Source: a virus. From it: a stretch of 64,000 bases of DNA. Below the pieces are notes generated by a model. It was given only the letters and a program-made list of their open reading frames with translations, was not told the origin of the DNA and searched no databases. Of this stretch, positions 1 through 7,611 are shown in pieces. The DNA lies in the IMG/VR virus record IMGVR_UViG_3300046804_001782, positions 1-64,000 of that record, one strand, 5' to 3'. The position numbers were made by a program, and so were the translations under genes. Position 1 is the stretch's first letter, and the number at the start of each line of letters is the position of its first letter.

Positions 1-1
1 A

Positions 2-151
2 CTCAGCACCTTGCAGGGTCTGTCCCGTGCGGCTAAGGATGCCGCACGCACCGCTCGTATGGAGATGACGGCAAACGCCGCCGCCGCCATTGAGAGCATC
101 ACCGACCCCACGGTCAAGGCGGCCATTCTGGCCGTCATGCCTCGTTCGTGA
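2..151 (+). CDS. 3' end of hypothetical protein (partial, runs off window start)
   Basis: Open frame LSTLQGLSRAAKDAARTARMEM...AILAVMPRS ending TGA 149-151; not in ORF track. Confidence 0.6.
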   Translation, partial: LSTLQGLSRAAKDAARTARMEMTANAAAAIESITDPTVKAAILAVMPRS

Positions 152-610
152 CGCATCGCCCCCACCCCAGAACCGCTGGGGTGGGGTGCGGTGGACTAAC
201 GGTCTATGATCGTTAGTCCACCGTACCCCACCGCAAGGTGGGCGAGGCCACTACGCACACACGAATACAACGTGGGAACCTTTCGTCGTTGTGCTGCCGT
301 TCCGTTTCGACGGGACGACGCTGCAAACGTGGCACTGTCCAATCATCAGATACTGCCTTACCGTATAGGCGTAGAATCATATGGTGACCTAGCAAGTCGG
401 TCGTACAAGGCGACTCCAATGCTGTCTAAGGCCCCCTATGTATGTACGTTATTTAGTGCATATGTAGGGGGCCTTTATTGTTAGTGGCATCCCCCCGGTA
501 CCACTAACGAGTGTGTCCTACCCTTAGGGGTAGGGCATGCAGTATGCCCTAATAGGTCATAGTGCATGCCTTACCAATGAGGCATATTGACCATAAGGAG
601 GTCAATCGTT
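152..610 (+). ncRNA. Hairpin-dense structured non-coding region (putative ncRNA, leader or ssDNA element)
   Basis: At least 9 stems: 160-186, 183-229 (22 bp), 227-242 (GCAA loop), 298-317 (UUCG loop), 428-475 (20 bp), 480-508, 511-540, 566-585, 586-606; stem mismatches are G-U on + strand. Confidence 0.6.
307..341 (+). repeat. Dispersed 35-bp site, copy 1
   Basis: TCGAC-GGGAC-GACG-CTGCAAA-CGTG-GCACT-GTCCA. Confidence 0.85.
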
Positions 611-796
611 ATGGCTAATACCGTTGTCCACGCACCGACCGCACCATACAGGGTGTGGCGTGAGCGTGACACATTTGTGGTAATCGCCGCATGCGCCTGT
701 GGCGGCGATTGTGCCATGACCGCCACCGTCTACTCCGACCGCTTCTACACCCCCGATGGTGACCCGTGGGTGCCGAACAAGGAGGACAACCGCTGA
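611..796 (+). CDS. Hypothetical protein
   Basis: AAGGAGG SD at 595-601, ATG 611; TGATG coupling to next gene. Confidence 0.7.
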   Translation: MANTVVHAPTAPYRVWRERDTFVVIAACACGGDCAMTATVYSDRFYTPDGDPWVPNKEDNR

Positions 797-1044
797 TGTC
801 CATCACCATCCATACGCACGATGGGGTGCATTATGTGTACCCCGAGGATCTGACCCTTGATTGGGCCGACTTCCGGTACGACAACTACCGGCACGGTGAG
901 ACGACCGTGCTCCAACCGCAACTGGAAGCACTCGGCTTCACCGTTCACGGTTGGTACAGCGCAGAGGCCGATTCGTTTGGAGTCTTGGTGCGTGCGGCAA
1001 ATGCCACGTACCACGACATTCGTGTCAAGTTCGTTTACGGATGA
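796..1044 (+). CDS. Hypothetical protein
   Basis: GGAGG SD, TGATG overlap, MSITIHTHDG... Confidence 0.7.
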   Translation: MSITIHTHDGVHYVYPEDLTLDWADFRYDNYRHGETTVLQPQLEALGFTVHGWYSAEADSFGVLVRAANATYHDIRVKFVYG

Positions 1045-1055
1045 AAGGAACATAC

Positions 1056-1268
1056 ATGAAGGTTGCCATCGACCTGCCCCATCAGGTCGCATATCTGGAC
1101 GATATCGATATCGATATCCCCACCTATAGCAGGGGTAAGGCCCTTGTTATGGAGGGCCGTCGCTCGTCGGTGAAGCCGAAGCACTACCGGCTGTTCTGGT
1201 ACACAAACGAGGTGACGCGCTCGTTCCGTGATCGCAAGGAGCGGTACATCGACCGTAACAAGCGATAA
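1056..1268 (+). CDS. Hypothetical protein
   Basis: GAAAGGA SD, MKVAIDLPHQ... Confidence 0.7.
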   Translation: MKVAIDLPHQVAYLDDIDIDIPTYSRGKALVMEGRRSSVKPKHYRLFWYTNEVTRSFRDRKERYIDRNKR

Positions 1269-1275
1269 CGCTAAT

Positions 1276-1480
1276 CGTCCTGAGTATGACGTAAAAATGC
1301 TCAATGCTTACCGTTCGGGGCTTTCGACGGCGTAGCCCGATACGTTACGGGCATATCAGCATAGAGAAAGAGGGGCCATGCGCTGATATTCATTATTACG
1401 GTTTCGTCCACCTATAAACAGAACGGACGGCGCTTTTGCCCATTGGGGGCTTTACGGGTTCGACTCCCGAAATGTGCGCT
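1276..1480 (+). ncRNA. Putative structured RNA: H-type pseudoknot (1276-1303), further stems and a tRNA T-arm-like hairpin
   Basis: CGTC/GACG stem with loop TGAGTAT pairing ATGCTCA; ATATCAGC/GCTGATAT stem; CGGG-TTCGACT-CCCG near 1455-1469. Confidence 0.45.
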
Positions 1481-1548
1481 CTGATAACAAAACAGAAAGG
1501 AAAGGAATGCAATGCGTAACAAGCACATTGTTCACGCCAGCGATTGTG
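1481..1548 (+). repeat. Direct repeat copy A (leader, SD and first 12 codons)
   Basis: Near-identical to 2048-2110 (CTGATAACAAAACAGAAAGG...AACAAGCACATTGTTCACGCCAGCGATTGTG). Confidence 0.9.
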
Positions 1549-1850
1549 ACACGCTAACTGTGTCACGTTTGCACGGTATCATCATCAAGAGGGCAACGGC
1601 CCTCTCTCTTGGTGACATCATCATCAACCCGCCGTTTTTCATCGACGGAAAGTTGATGTGCGACTCGTACACGTTCCGTGTGACGGGTCTGCGTCATACG
1701 GGAGACGACGTACACGTGTGGGGCGACGACGGCTCGGAGTTCTCAACCTCCGACAACAACAGGGTTATCGTCTACCGTTCTGAGGACACAGAAGTAAAGC
1801 AAGCGGATCCTGAGTTGGAGCGCATGCTTGACCGGTTGGATAAGCAGTGA
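1512..1850 (+). CDS. Hypothetical protein
   Basis: ORF track, SD AAAGGA. Confidence 0.7.
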   Translation: MRNKHIVHASDCDTLTVSRLHGIIIKRATALSLGDIIINPPFFIDGKLMCDSYTFRVTGLRHTGDDVHVWGDDGSEFSTSDNNRVIVYRSEDTEVKQADPELERMLDRLDKQ

Positions 1851-2044
1851 GGATCACATTCCTCAAACATCCCGGTATGGGTAAGGCCATAAGGGAGTTG
1901 TTCTGTGGGCATTTGATTGACACAGAGCGCACTCTTTATGTGTTCCGTACCCATAAGGGTGAGTTGACCGAATGCCCACACGGCTGTGGGCCACAGAAGA
2001 CACGACATGTGCGGAACGCCGAAAACATCAAGGAGGCCCAGTAG
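1847..2044 (+). CDS. Hypothetical protein (C/H motif)
   Basis: GTGA overlap with previous gene. Confidence 0.55.
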   Translation: MRITFLKHPGMGKAIRELFCGHLIDTERTLYVFRTHKGELTECPHGCGPQKTRHVRNAENIKEAQ

Positions 2045-2047
2045 TGG

Positions 2048-2110
2048 CTGATAACAAAACAGAAAGGAATGACATGCATAACAAGCACATTGTTCACGCC
2101 AGCGATTGTG
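2048..2110 (+). repeat. Direct repeat copy B
   Basis: Matches 1481-1548. Confidence 0.9.
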
Positions 2111-2133
2111 CTGCCGGGGAGGTGACGGCATGA
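2074..2133 (+). pseudogene. Truncated duplicate of the 1512 gene start (19 aa MHNKHIVHASDCAAGEVTA)
   Basis: First 12 codons nearly identical to 1512..1850; ATGA-coupled to 2130 gene. Confidence 0.6.
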
Positions 2134-2288
2134 GCATCTTCCCCGAAGATGTGTGCCCTGAGTGTGTCCCCATGTGTGACACCTGCGACAAGCCTGCCAC
2201 GGAGGTACATGGTGGTACGGACTGGTTCTGCGCCGATCACTTTGAGCAGTTCCGAGCCGACCTGTTGGGAAAAGAGGATCAGCAATGA
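2130..2288 (+). CDS. Small Cys-rich Zn-binding hypothetical protein
   Basis: GGAGG SD; CPEC, CDTC, CxxH. Confidence 0.65.
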   Translation: MSIFPEDVCPECVPMCDTCDKPATEVHGGTDWFCADHFEQFRADLLGKEDQQ

Positions 2289-2485
2289 TCCTCAATGGCT
2301 TTTTCGTTACCTGCCCTGAGTGTAAGAAGTTGCACACAGCGGAGGTCAGACTCGTATGCACCTGTGGTGCATACGTCCCGACATGGGAGAAGCACTCTGA
2401 TGTTCCTACGAACATCAAAGCCATCATCCGCAAAGTTGTCGATAACTACGACAACATGAAGAAAATGGAGGAAGAACAATCATGA
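2285..2485 (+). CDS. Small Zn-ribbon hypothetical protein
   Basis: CPEC...CTCG; ATGA overlap. Confidence 0.65.
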   Translation: MILNGFFVTCPECKKLHTAEVRLVCTCGAYVPTWEKHSDVPTNIKAIIRKVVDNYDNMKKMEEEQS

Positions 2486-2604
2486 ATTGGAGAAACCCTT
2501 ACGGGTATCTGCCGATGACAATCACCGTGTACGGACTGTATGGGCTGTTCGTGGTGTTGTTCGCCGTTGCCGTGGTGCAACGAGTCAAGGACAAGAGGAA
2601 GTGA
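2482..2604 (+). CDS. 40-aa single-TM membrane protein (not in ORF track)
   Basis: MNWRNPYGYLPMTITVYGLYGLFVVLFAVAVVQRVKDKRK; ATGA and GTGA overlaps on both sides. Confidence 0.65.
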   Translation: MNWRNPYGYLPMTITVYGLYGLFVVLFAVAVVQRVKDKRK

Positions 2605-2885
2605 CGTGGGACTGCCCCGACTGTGTGTACGTCGGGGAACACAAGAACGAATGGGGAGTGTTCTCCCTTTTCGTCCACTATCGACCGGAGTACGACAAGC
2701 GGGAGATGGTGGCCGTCTATGGCTGTAATGACAGTGATTACCCTGATTACCAATCAGGGGAAGCCTGTGATTACAGACAAGCAGACAGAGATGGTTACAT
2801 TTCGCCCGTTCGTGTGGCATTAGAAAATGCCATCAAGTTGGGAGTTCCGGGGTTCACCCCGGACCTTATCAAGGAGGAAAGATGA
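2601..2885 (+). CDS. Hypothetical protein
   Basis: GTG start with GAGG SD, in frame with track ORF 2487..2885. Confidence 0.6.
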   Translation: MTWDCPDCVYVGEHKNEWGVFSLFVHYRPEYDKREMVAVYGCNDSDYPDYQSGEACDYRQADRDGYISPVRVALENAIKLGVPGFTPDLIKEER

Positions 2886-3082
2886 ATCCGAAATGGCAGG
2901 AAGGTGCGTGGTATACGCACATCAAGTATCCGGGGCGGCGGTTGCAGGTAACCAAAGTCATGGGAGACATGGCCGCTGGCTACGTCTACATTGGCATGGG
3001 CGAGTTCGGGAAGCGCCCATCGTGGTGGGCCATCACGCTGTCGCCAGAAGATTGGGATCTCTGTGAAGTTATTGCATCATGA
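2882..3082 (+). CDS. Hypothetical protein
   Basis: AGGAGG SD, ATGA overlap. Confidence 0.65.
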   Translation: MNPKWQEGAWYTHIKYPGRRLQVTKVMGDMAAGYVYIGMGEFGKRPSWWAITLSPEDWDLCEVIAS

Positions 3083-3618
3083 TACCTGATCATATTCAGG
3101 AAGCGGTTGCTAGGTATCGACCGCACGTTATCCCTGATAACAGGGAAGTAAGGGCGGGGGATATCCGCAACATACGTACGATGGACGGTAAGTACAGTCG
3201 TCTTGGTGTTGTTCTAAAGGTGAACAAACCGAGGGATGGCTATCCCGACACCATCGCACAGGTGACTCTGCTGCATCCTTATACAGAGTTGGCAACTAAC
3301 AGTGACGTTGTAGTAACTGGGGATCATAAGACAGTCCCCTATAACGTCGTCGTTGAAACGTTCCTATTAGGAATCGTATGGTTGTCTCAGTTGGGTCCTC
3401 TCGTGGGGACCATAAGCGAAGAGGCACTTGATTGTTGTTGGTCTGATAACAAACAGACCGATAACTGTTATCGAGGTACTCATTTGGCCGGTTCTCTTGA
3501 TTCCCGGTGGACATTCAAAGAGAACGAATTTGATGAGTTTGCATTGTTTACCGAGGACTCCACTAAATATATCCTTGATGAAGCAGACAGGTATTCCAAA
3601 CAAAGGAGACAGTCATGA
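3079..3618 (+). CDS. Hypothetical protein, possible PemK/MazF-like fold
   Basis: RAGDI...SRLGVVL...LSQLGPLVGTISEEAL spacing resembles MazF/PemK. Confidence 0.45.
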   Translation: MIPDHIQEAVARYRPHVIPDNREVRAGDIRNIRTMDGKYSRLGVVLKVNKPRDGYPDTIAQVTLLHPYTELATNSDVVVTGDHKTVPYNVVVETFLLGIVWLSQLGPLVGTISEEALDCCWSDNKQTDNCYRGTHLAGSLDSRWTFKENEFDEFALFTEDSTKYILDEADRYSKQRRQS

Positions 3619-3920
3619 CCAGCATCAACCCCGAATTCAACGGGGAGCAGCAGAAGCCCATGCACTTCTGCGCCGAAATCTCGTATGACACCCCGGACGG
3701 TAACGTCCACTCAGACATCTGTTTCTCCTGCACAGAAGACAGGTTGATGCAGGAGAAGTACAGGCAATTCATCCACGATTGCTTGGACGAGTGGCTGGAC
3801 AAGTCCAACGGGAGTGGAGCCTTTTGGCTCGCCGGTTGGGAATACTGGGACAGCCTCAAAAAGGAAACCATCGAAGACTACCTGACCGGATTGCTCCACA
3901 AGAACAGGGAGAAGAAGTGA
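3615..3920 (+). CDS. Hypothetical protein
   Basis: AAGGAG SD, ATGA overlap. Confidence 0.7.
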   Translation: MTSINPEFNGEQQKPMHFCAEISYDTPDGNVHSDICFSCTEDRLMQEKYRQFIHDCLDEWLDKSNGSGAFWLAGWEYWDSLKKETIEDYLTGLLHKNREKK

Positions 3921-4105
3921 AGAACATTGTTTTGTGGACTGTGATGCTTTTCAATGTATTACAGTTTTTTAGGTACTGGTTCGTCCAGACCTTTATCGTC
4001 AAAGTAGAACTGACGGAAGAAGAAGTACGTCGGTTCGTAAAACCATCGTGGCACATGCTTATGTATGGTGCTATTGCGATGTTCAGCGTGTACACCCTCG
4101 TATAA
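3917..4105 (+). CDS. Small two-TM membrane protein
   Basis: GTGA overlap; two hydrophobic segments. Confidence 0.6.
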   Translation: MKNIVLWTVMLFNVLQFFRYWFVQTFIVKVELTEEEVRRFVKPSWHMLMYGAIAMFSVYTLV

Positions 4106-4114
4106 GGAGACAAG

Positions 4115-4342
4115 GTGATCATCAAGCCTGATGAAGTACTCAGCGACTTCGTGGATCCTATCCACGCAGAGTCTGTGCGTTTCGTAAGGGAACGTATCAG
4201 ACCCGTAACGGAAATATTACAGCGTCGTACACAAACGTGGACGCTTTCAGAGATGCCACCTGACTGGGGTAGGTATCAACGTCGCCCGAAATCGCTTCGT
4301 AAGCGAAACAAATATCTGAGAAAGGAACATTATGCTCAGTAA
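4115..4342 (+). CDS. Hypothetical protein
   Basis: AAGGAG SD; basic C-terminus. Confidence 0.6.
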   Translation: MIIKPDEVLSDFVDPIHAESVRFVRERIRPVTEILQRRTQTWTLSEMPPDWGRYQRRPKSLRKRNKYLRKEHYAQ

Positions 4343-4589
4343 TCTGCCGCCCGGTGTGTCTGATAGGCACATCCCCGGATATGACAATGGTATCTATGAA
4401 GTAGATCCAATGTCAGATGAGGGCATGCAAATGCCCGTAGACGAGTGTCGTTGCACAGCGTGCAACACTCTCGTCGGCCCCTACACATGGGGTGATTCAT
4501 ATGCATCGTGGGATCCTTGTTGGGCTAACGACGAGGGAATCCTGTGGTGTGAAGAGTGTTACACAAGCATCATGGAACAAGGAGAATAA
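4332..4589 (+). CDS. Cys-rich acidic hypothetical protein
   Basis: SNLPPGV start, CTAC...CEEC. Confidence 0.65.
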   Translation: MLSNLPPGVSDRHIPGYDNGIYEVDPMSDEGMQMPVDECRCTACNTLVGPYTWGDSYASWDPCWANDEGILWCEECYTSIMEQGE

Positions 4590-4590
4590 A

Positions 4591-5145
4591 ATGCCCAACT
4601 GGTGTGGAAATACGCTTGTCATTCGTGGCCCAAAGGAAGACCGTGATACGTTTGTCAACGGTATTCCTATCTCAAATGAGAATAAGCCATTCAATTTCAT
4701 TGAGCACTACGTACCGCTTCCCGACGACATTGGTGACGGTTGGTATGACTGGGCCATTGAAAATTGGGGAACAAAGTGGGGTGACTGTGAGATGTCAGTT
4801 CTCCACCACAACGATAAGGAGACTGCTCTGGGATTCTCCACTGCTTGGGGACCGCCCATCCCGGCAATCATTACTATCTCCCAACTGTTTCCAACGTTGC
4901 AATTCGTACTCGCTTACGAAGAGGGAGGAATGTGCTTCTTGGGGGCAGTAGGCGTAGTTGGTGGTATGTGTGTGTATGACAAGTTCATTGAGGGTGCTGA
5001 ATATGAAAACCTGTATCCCGAACGGCAGGATTATGATGATGACATTGATACATACTACGAAAGTGGTTACGAAGCAGTTATTGAGGAACTCTCTCGCATT
5101 TCCGATGAAGCGTGGGAGCATCTGGGAAATGTCACATCAGTATGA
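4591..5145 (+). CDS. DUF1281/YubB ferredoxin-like domain protein
   Basis: MPNWCxNxL, WYDWxxxNWGTKW, FSTAWGPP, YEE motifs. Confidence 0.75.
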   Translation: MPNWCGNTLVIRGPKEDRDTFVNGIPISNENKPFNFIEHYVPLPDDIGDGWYDWAIENWGTKWGDCEMSVLHHNDKETALGFSTAWGPPIPAIITISQLFPTLQFVLAYEEGGMCFLGAVGVVGGMCVYDKFIEGAEYENLYPERQDYDDDIDTYYESGYEAVIEELSRISDEAWEHLGNVTSV

Positions 5146-5176
5146 CAGCGGCACGCTGCAAACGTGCCACCGTCCA
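5142..5176 (+). repeat. Dispersed 35-bp site, copy 2
   Basis: ATGAC-AGCGG-CACG-CTGCAAA-CGTG-CCACC-GTCCA, at stop of DUF1281 gene. Confidence 0.85.
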
Positions 5177-5199
5177 AACCAAAAGAAAGAGGTGCTCTA

Positions 5200-5601
5200 A
5201 TGAATTGCAAACAGTGTGATAAGAAACTGTATAAGCCGAGATATCAAATTGGTTTGTGCAGCACCTGTAAGCCAGATCGACATGCAAAAAGTAGTGGCAT
5301 TAGTGTTAGCCGCACTTGTGCAGCATGTAACAAAGCAATCAACAAGAGAAGCCACGGGACCGGATTGTGTTCTATTTGCGTGCGTAAGAGGCATACAGAA
5401 CACAATGACGTATACACATCATCAGACTTCAACCTGAGTAACTTGTCTTACGAAGAGCGTTGTCTTGTGTTTATGTGGGCGGCAGGGGTTGATATTTCAA
5501 CGTACTTTGATCCCCGTCAAATCAGTAAGTGGGAACGTGCTGGAACAGTACGAGTTGGTTACGATACAAAAAGCAACAGAGTTATGCGACACATGGGGTG
5601 A
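5200..5601 (+). CDS. Tandem Cys4 zinc-finger protein
   Basis: Two CxxC...GLCxxC units. Confidence 0.65.
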   Translation: MNCKQCDKKLYKPRYQIGLCSTCKPDRHAKSSGISVSRTCAACNKAINKRSHGTGLCSICVRKRHTEHNDVYTSSDFNLSNLSYEERCLVFMWAAGVDISTYFDPRQISKWERAGTVRVGYDTKSNRVMRHMG

Positions 5602-5603
5602 TT

Positions 5604-5804
5604 ATGAATTGCGTATATTGTGGTTGTGATATGCGACCAGAACGTGCAGAGTTGTATGACTACTGCACAAGCGAGGAATGCTACAAACAAGGATTCAAAC
5701 AATCCGAGTACGTGGTTCTGGGCGTGCATAAATCTACGCCTGTAATTTGTTCCGTTCGTGACACGTTGGTTACAGATAACCGTTCATATATGGTTACCAA
5801 ATGA
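5604..5804 (+). CDS. Small Zn-finger hypothetical protein
   Basis: CVYC...YCTSEEC. Confidence 0.6.
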   Translation: MNCVYCGCDMRPERAELYDYCTSEECYKQGFKQSEYVVLGVHKSTPVICSVRDTLVTDNRSYMVTK

Positions 5805-6055
5805 GCCAGCGTTACAACACAAACGGGCGCACACACGTCGCCCTCCTCATTGCCAAACACTTCGGCAAACCTTTTACGATTGATGATATGCAAAAGATAT
5901 CAGCATTGTTTGTTGATCGTAAACTTGCAAGTAAAGCATTGAACACCCTGAGAAACTGGGGATTCGTTGCCAAACTTGATGATAGTTGGTGCATCACCCG
6001 TGAGGGCGTAGAGCATCTGTATACAACAGCAAAAACCTATGCATCTAGAGATTGA
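5801..6055 (+). CDS. Winged-helix-like DNA-binding protein (paralog of 21823..22107)
   Basis: RTHVALL.AK.F.KPFT...WGF...WCIT..GV.HLY.TAKTY shared with paralog. Confidence 0.65.
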   Translation: MSQRYNTNGRTHVALLIAKHFGKPFTIDDMQKISALFVDRKLASKALNTLRNWGFVAKLDDSWCITREGVEHLYTTAKTYASRD

Positions 6056-6069
6056 GGGGAGGTTAGAAC

Positions 6070-6267
6070 ATGCTTGCATACTTCGCTAGTGATGGAAACT
6101 TTGGTGATGCCACCGACTTGGTGCTCATTGACGTATCCAACTTTACATCAGAAGATTGGGAAGAACTTGATATGGTTCCAGATAATGAGCGTCAGGAGCG
6201 TGCCATTGAGTTGGCAAAATCTTACAATCAAAATTCAGAAACAACCCATTACATTGGCAACTTCTAA
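6070..6267 (+). CDS. Acidic hypothetical protein
   Basis: SD present; D/E-rich. Confidence 0.65.
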   Translation: MLAYFASDGNFGDATDLVLIDVSNFTSEDWEELDMVPDNERQERAIELAKSYNQNSETTHYIGNF

Positions 6268-6275
6268 CCACAACA

Positions 6276-6309
6276 ACGATTGACACACATACTGTGTGTA
6301 TCGTATCTT
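6276..6309 (+). promoter_or_regulatory. Putative sigma70-type promoter overlapped by inverted repeat (operator)
   Basis: TTGACA 6280-6285, 18 bp, TATCTT 6304-6309; ACACACA-TAC-TGTGTGT palindrome 6283-6299. Confidence 0.5.
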
Positions 6310-6357
6310 TATAAAACCACCACAGCCCAGTAGGGCAGAAAGAAAAGGATAACCATC

Positions 6358-7602
6358 ATGGTGTCTGCAAAGCACCTCCATCAGGGTATGGCTGTTGTTA
6401 TCAACAGTGGTACCCACGTGGGACGTACAGCCAAAGTCATTGATCCCGAGGTTGTTCCTGACGGACAACTCAACCAGCGTAAGGTGTTGGTTGAGATTGA
6501 TGACCCGGATAACCCGTGGCGTGAATGGATCATTCCAAAGCAGTTGGATGTTCCGGGTATGCACCGACCGACTACTAAGTGGTCAGCAAGGACGACTATC
6601 GTTGATATGGATGTAACTCCTATCACGTCTTTGGATGATCCATCATTGGATCAGTTTCGCCCTCGTGGTAAGAACCTGATGAAGAAGTATGTATCACGTA
6701 CTCTGCCGGGTGGCATCAAGGATATTGATGCTCTGATGAAGTATTGGAGTAACCGTGATGATAACGGATACTCACTAAACGTGGGTATGGTTGGCGATAC
6801 TCAATCAGGCAAGACCATGCTTGTGGATGTAATGGCTCACGTGGTCGCTAAGGAAATGGGACTCAGCAAGCCGCTCCCGGTGTTTACATTGTCCGGTTCC
6901 TCCGGTATCACCGATTACGACCTGTTCGGCCAGCCGAGACAAGCATCAGACGGAACCGACAGGCTAGTGTGGATGGAAGGCATTGTCGCTAGGGCGTGTC
7001 GTGTTGGCGGTATCCTGTACCTTGACGAGGTAAATGCCATGCCCGGTAATGTTACTAGTGCCTTGCACCCCATTACAGATGATAGGCGGCAGTTCGTAAA
7101 CCTCCGTAAACCTGTACCCGACGGTCATGGTGGGTGGCAACCTGAGGTTGTCAATGTCAACCCCGACTTGTGGGTTATGTGTACATATAATCCCGGCTAC
7201 TCCGGCATGTCCAAAACCAATGAGGCATTTGCTAACCGCTTTGAGTGGTTGCAATGGGATTACGACGAGGAAGTCGAAGCCAAACTCATCAAGTCTCCTG
7301 CTATTCGCATGTTGGGTCAGGCTCTGCGCCTCGCCCGTGAGACACGTGCCATCACCACCCCCGTCGGTACATCTGCACTCCAGCGTCTGGAGCGCAACCT
7401 TATCAACGTAAGCACCGAGTATGCCCTGTGGGCATTCATGGGTCAGTTTACCTCTAAGACTGAGAAGTCTAAGGTGGATGCAATCCTGACTGATCGTGGT
7501 ATCAAGGGCCTGCTGGAGGCAGAGTTCAATCCTCCCGAGGTCAATACCGACGTTGTCGATGACGATACAAACAACTATGCCCCAGATACACAAATTATCT
7601 AA
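6358..7602 (+). CDS. MoxR-family AAA+ ATPase (CobS/NorQ-like) with N-terminal KOW/SH3-like region
   Basis: Walker A GDTQSGKT, Walker B LYLDEVN, TYNPGY, AFANRF. Confidence 0.85.
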   Translation: MVSAKHLHQGMAVVINSGTHVGRTAKVIDPEVVPDGQLNQRKVLVEIDDPDNPWREWIIPKQLDVPGMHRPTTKWSARTTIVDMDVTPITSLDDPSLDQFRPRGKNLMKKYVSRTLPGGIKDIDALMKYWSNRDDNGYSLNVGMVGDTQSGKTMLVDVMAHVVAKEMGLSKPLPVFTLSGSSGITDYDLFGQPRQASDGTDRLVWMEGIVARACRVGGILYLDEVNAMPGNVTSALHPITDDRRQFVNLRKPVPDGHGGWQPEVVNVNPDLWVMCTYNPGYSGMSKTNEAFANRFEWLQWDYDEEVEAKLIKSPAIRMLGQALRLARETRAITTPVGTSALQRLERNLINVSTEYALWAFMGQFTSKTEKSKVDAILTDRGIKGLLEAEFNPPEVNTDVVDDDTNNYAPDTQII

Positions 7603-7611
7603 GGAGAAATA

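Noticed and set aside
1443-1480. tRNA or tmRNA gene suggested by GGTTCGACTCCC
   Set aside because: No acceptor stem, anticodon arm or CCA could be built.
1553-1572. Reverse-strand GCAAACGTG (also near 40008)
   Set aside because: Lacks GTCCA at the 5-bp spacing and is intragenic, so likely chance.
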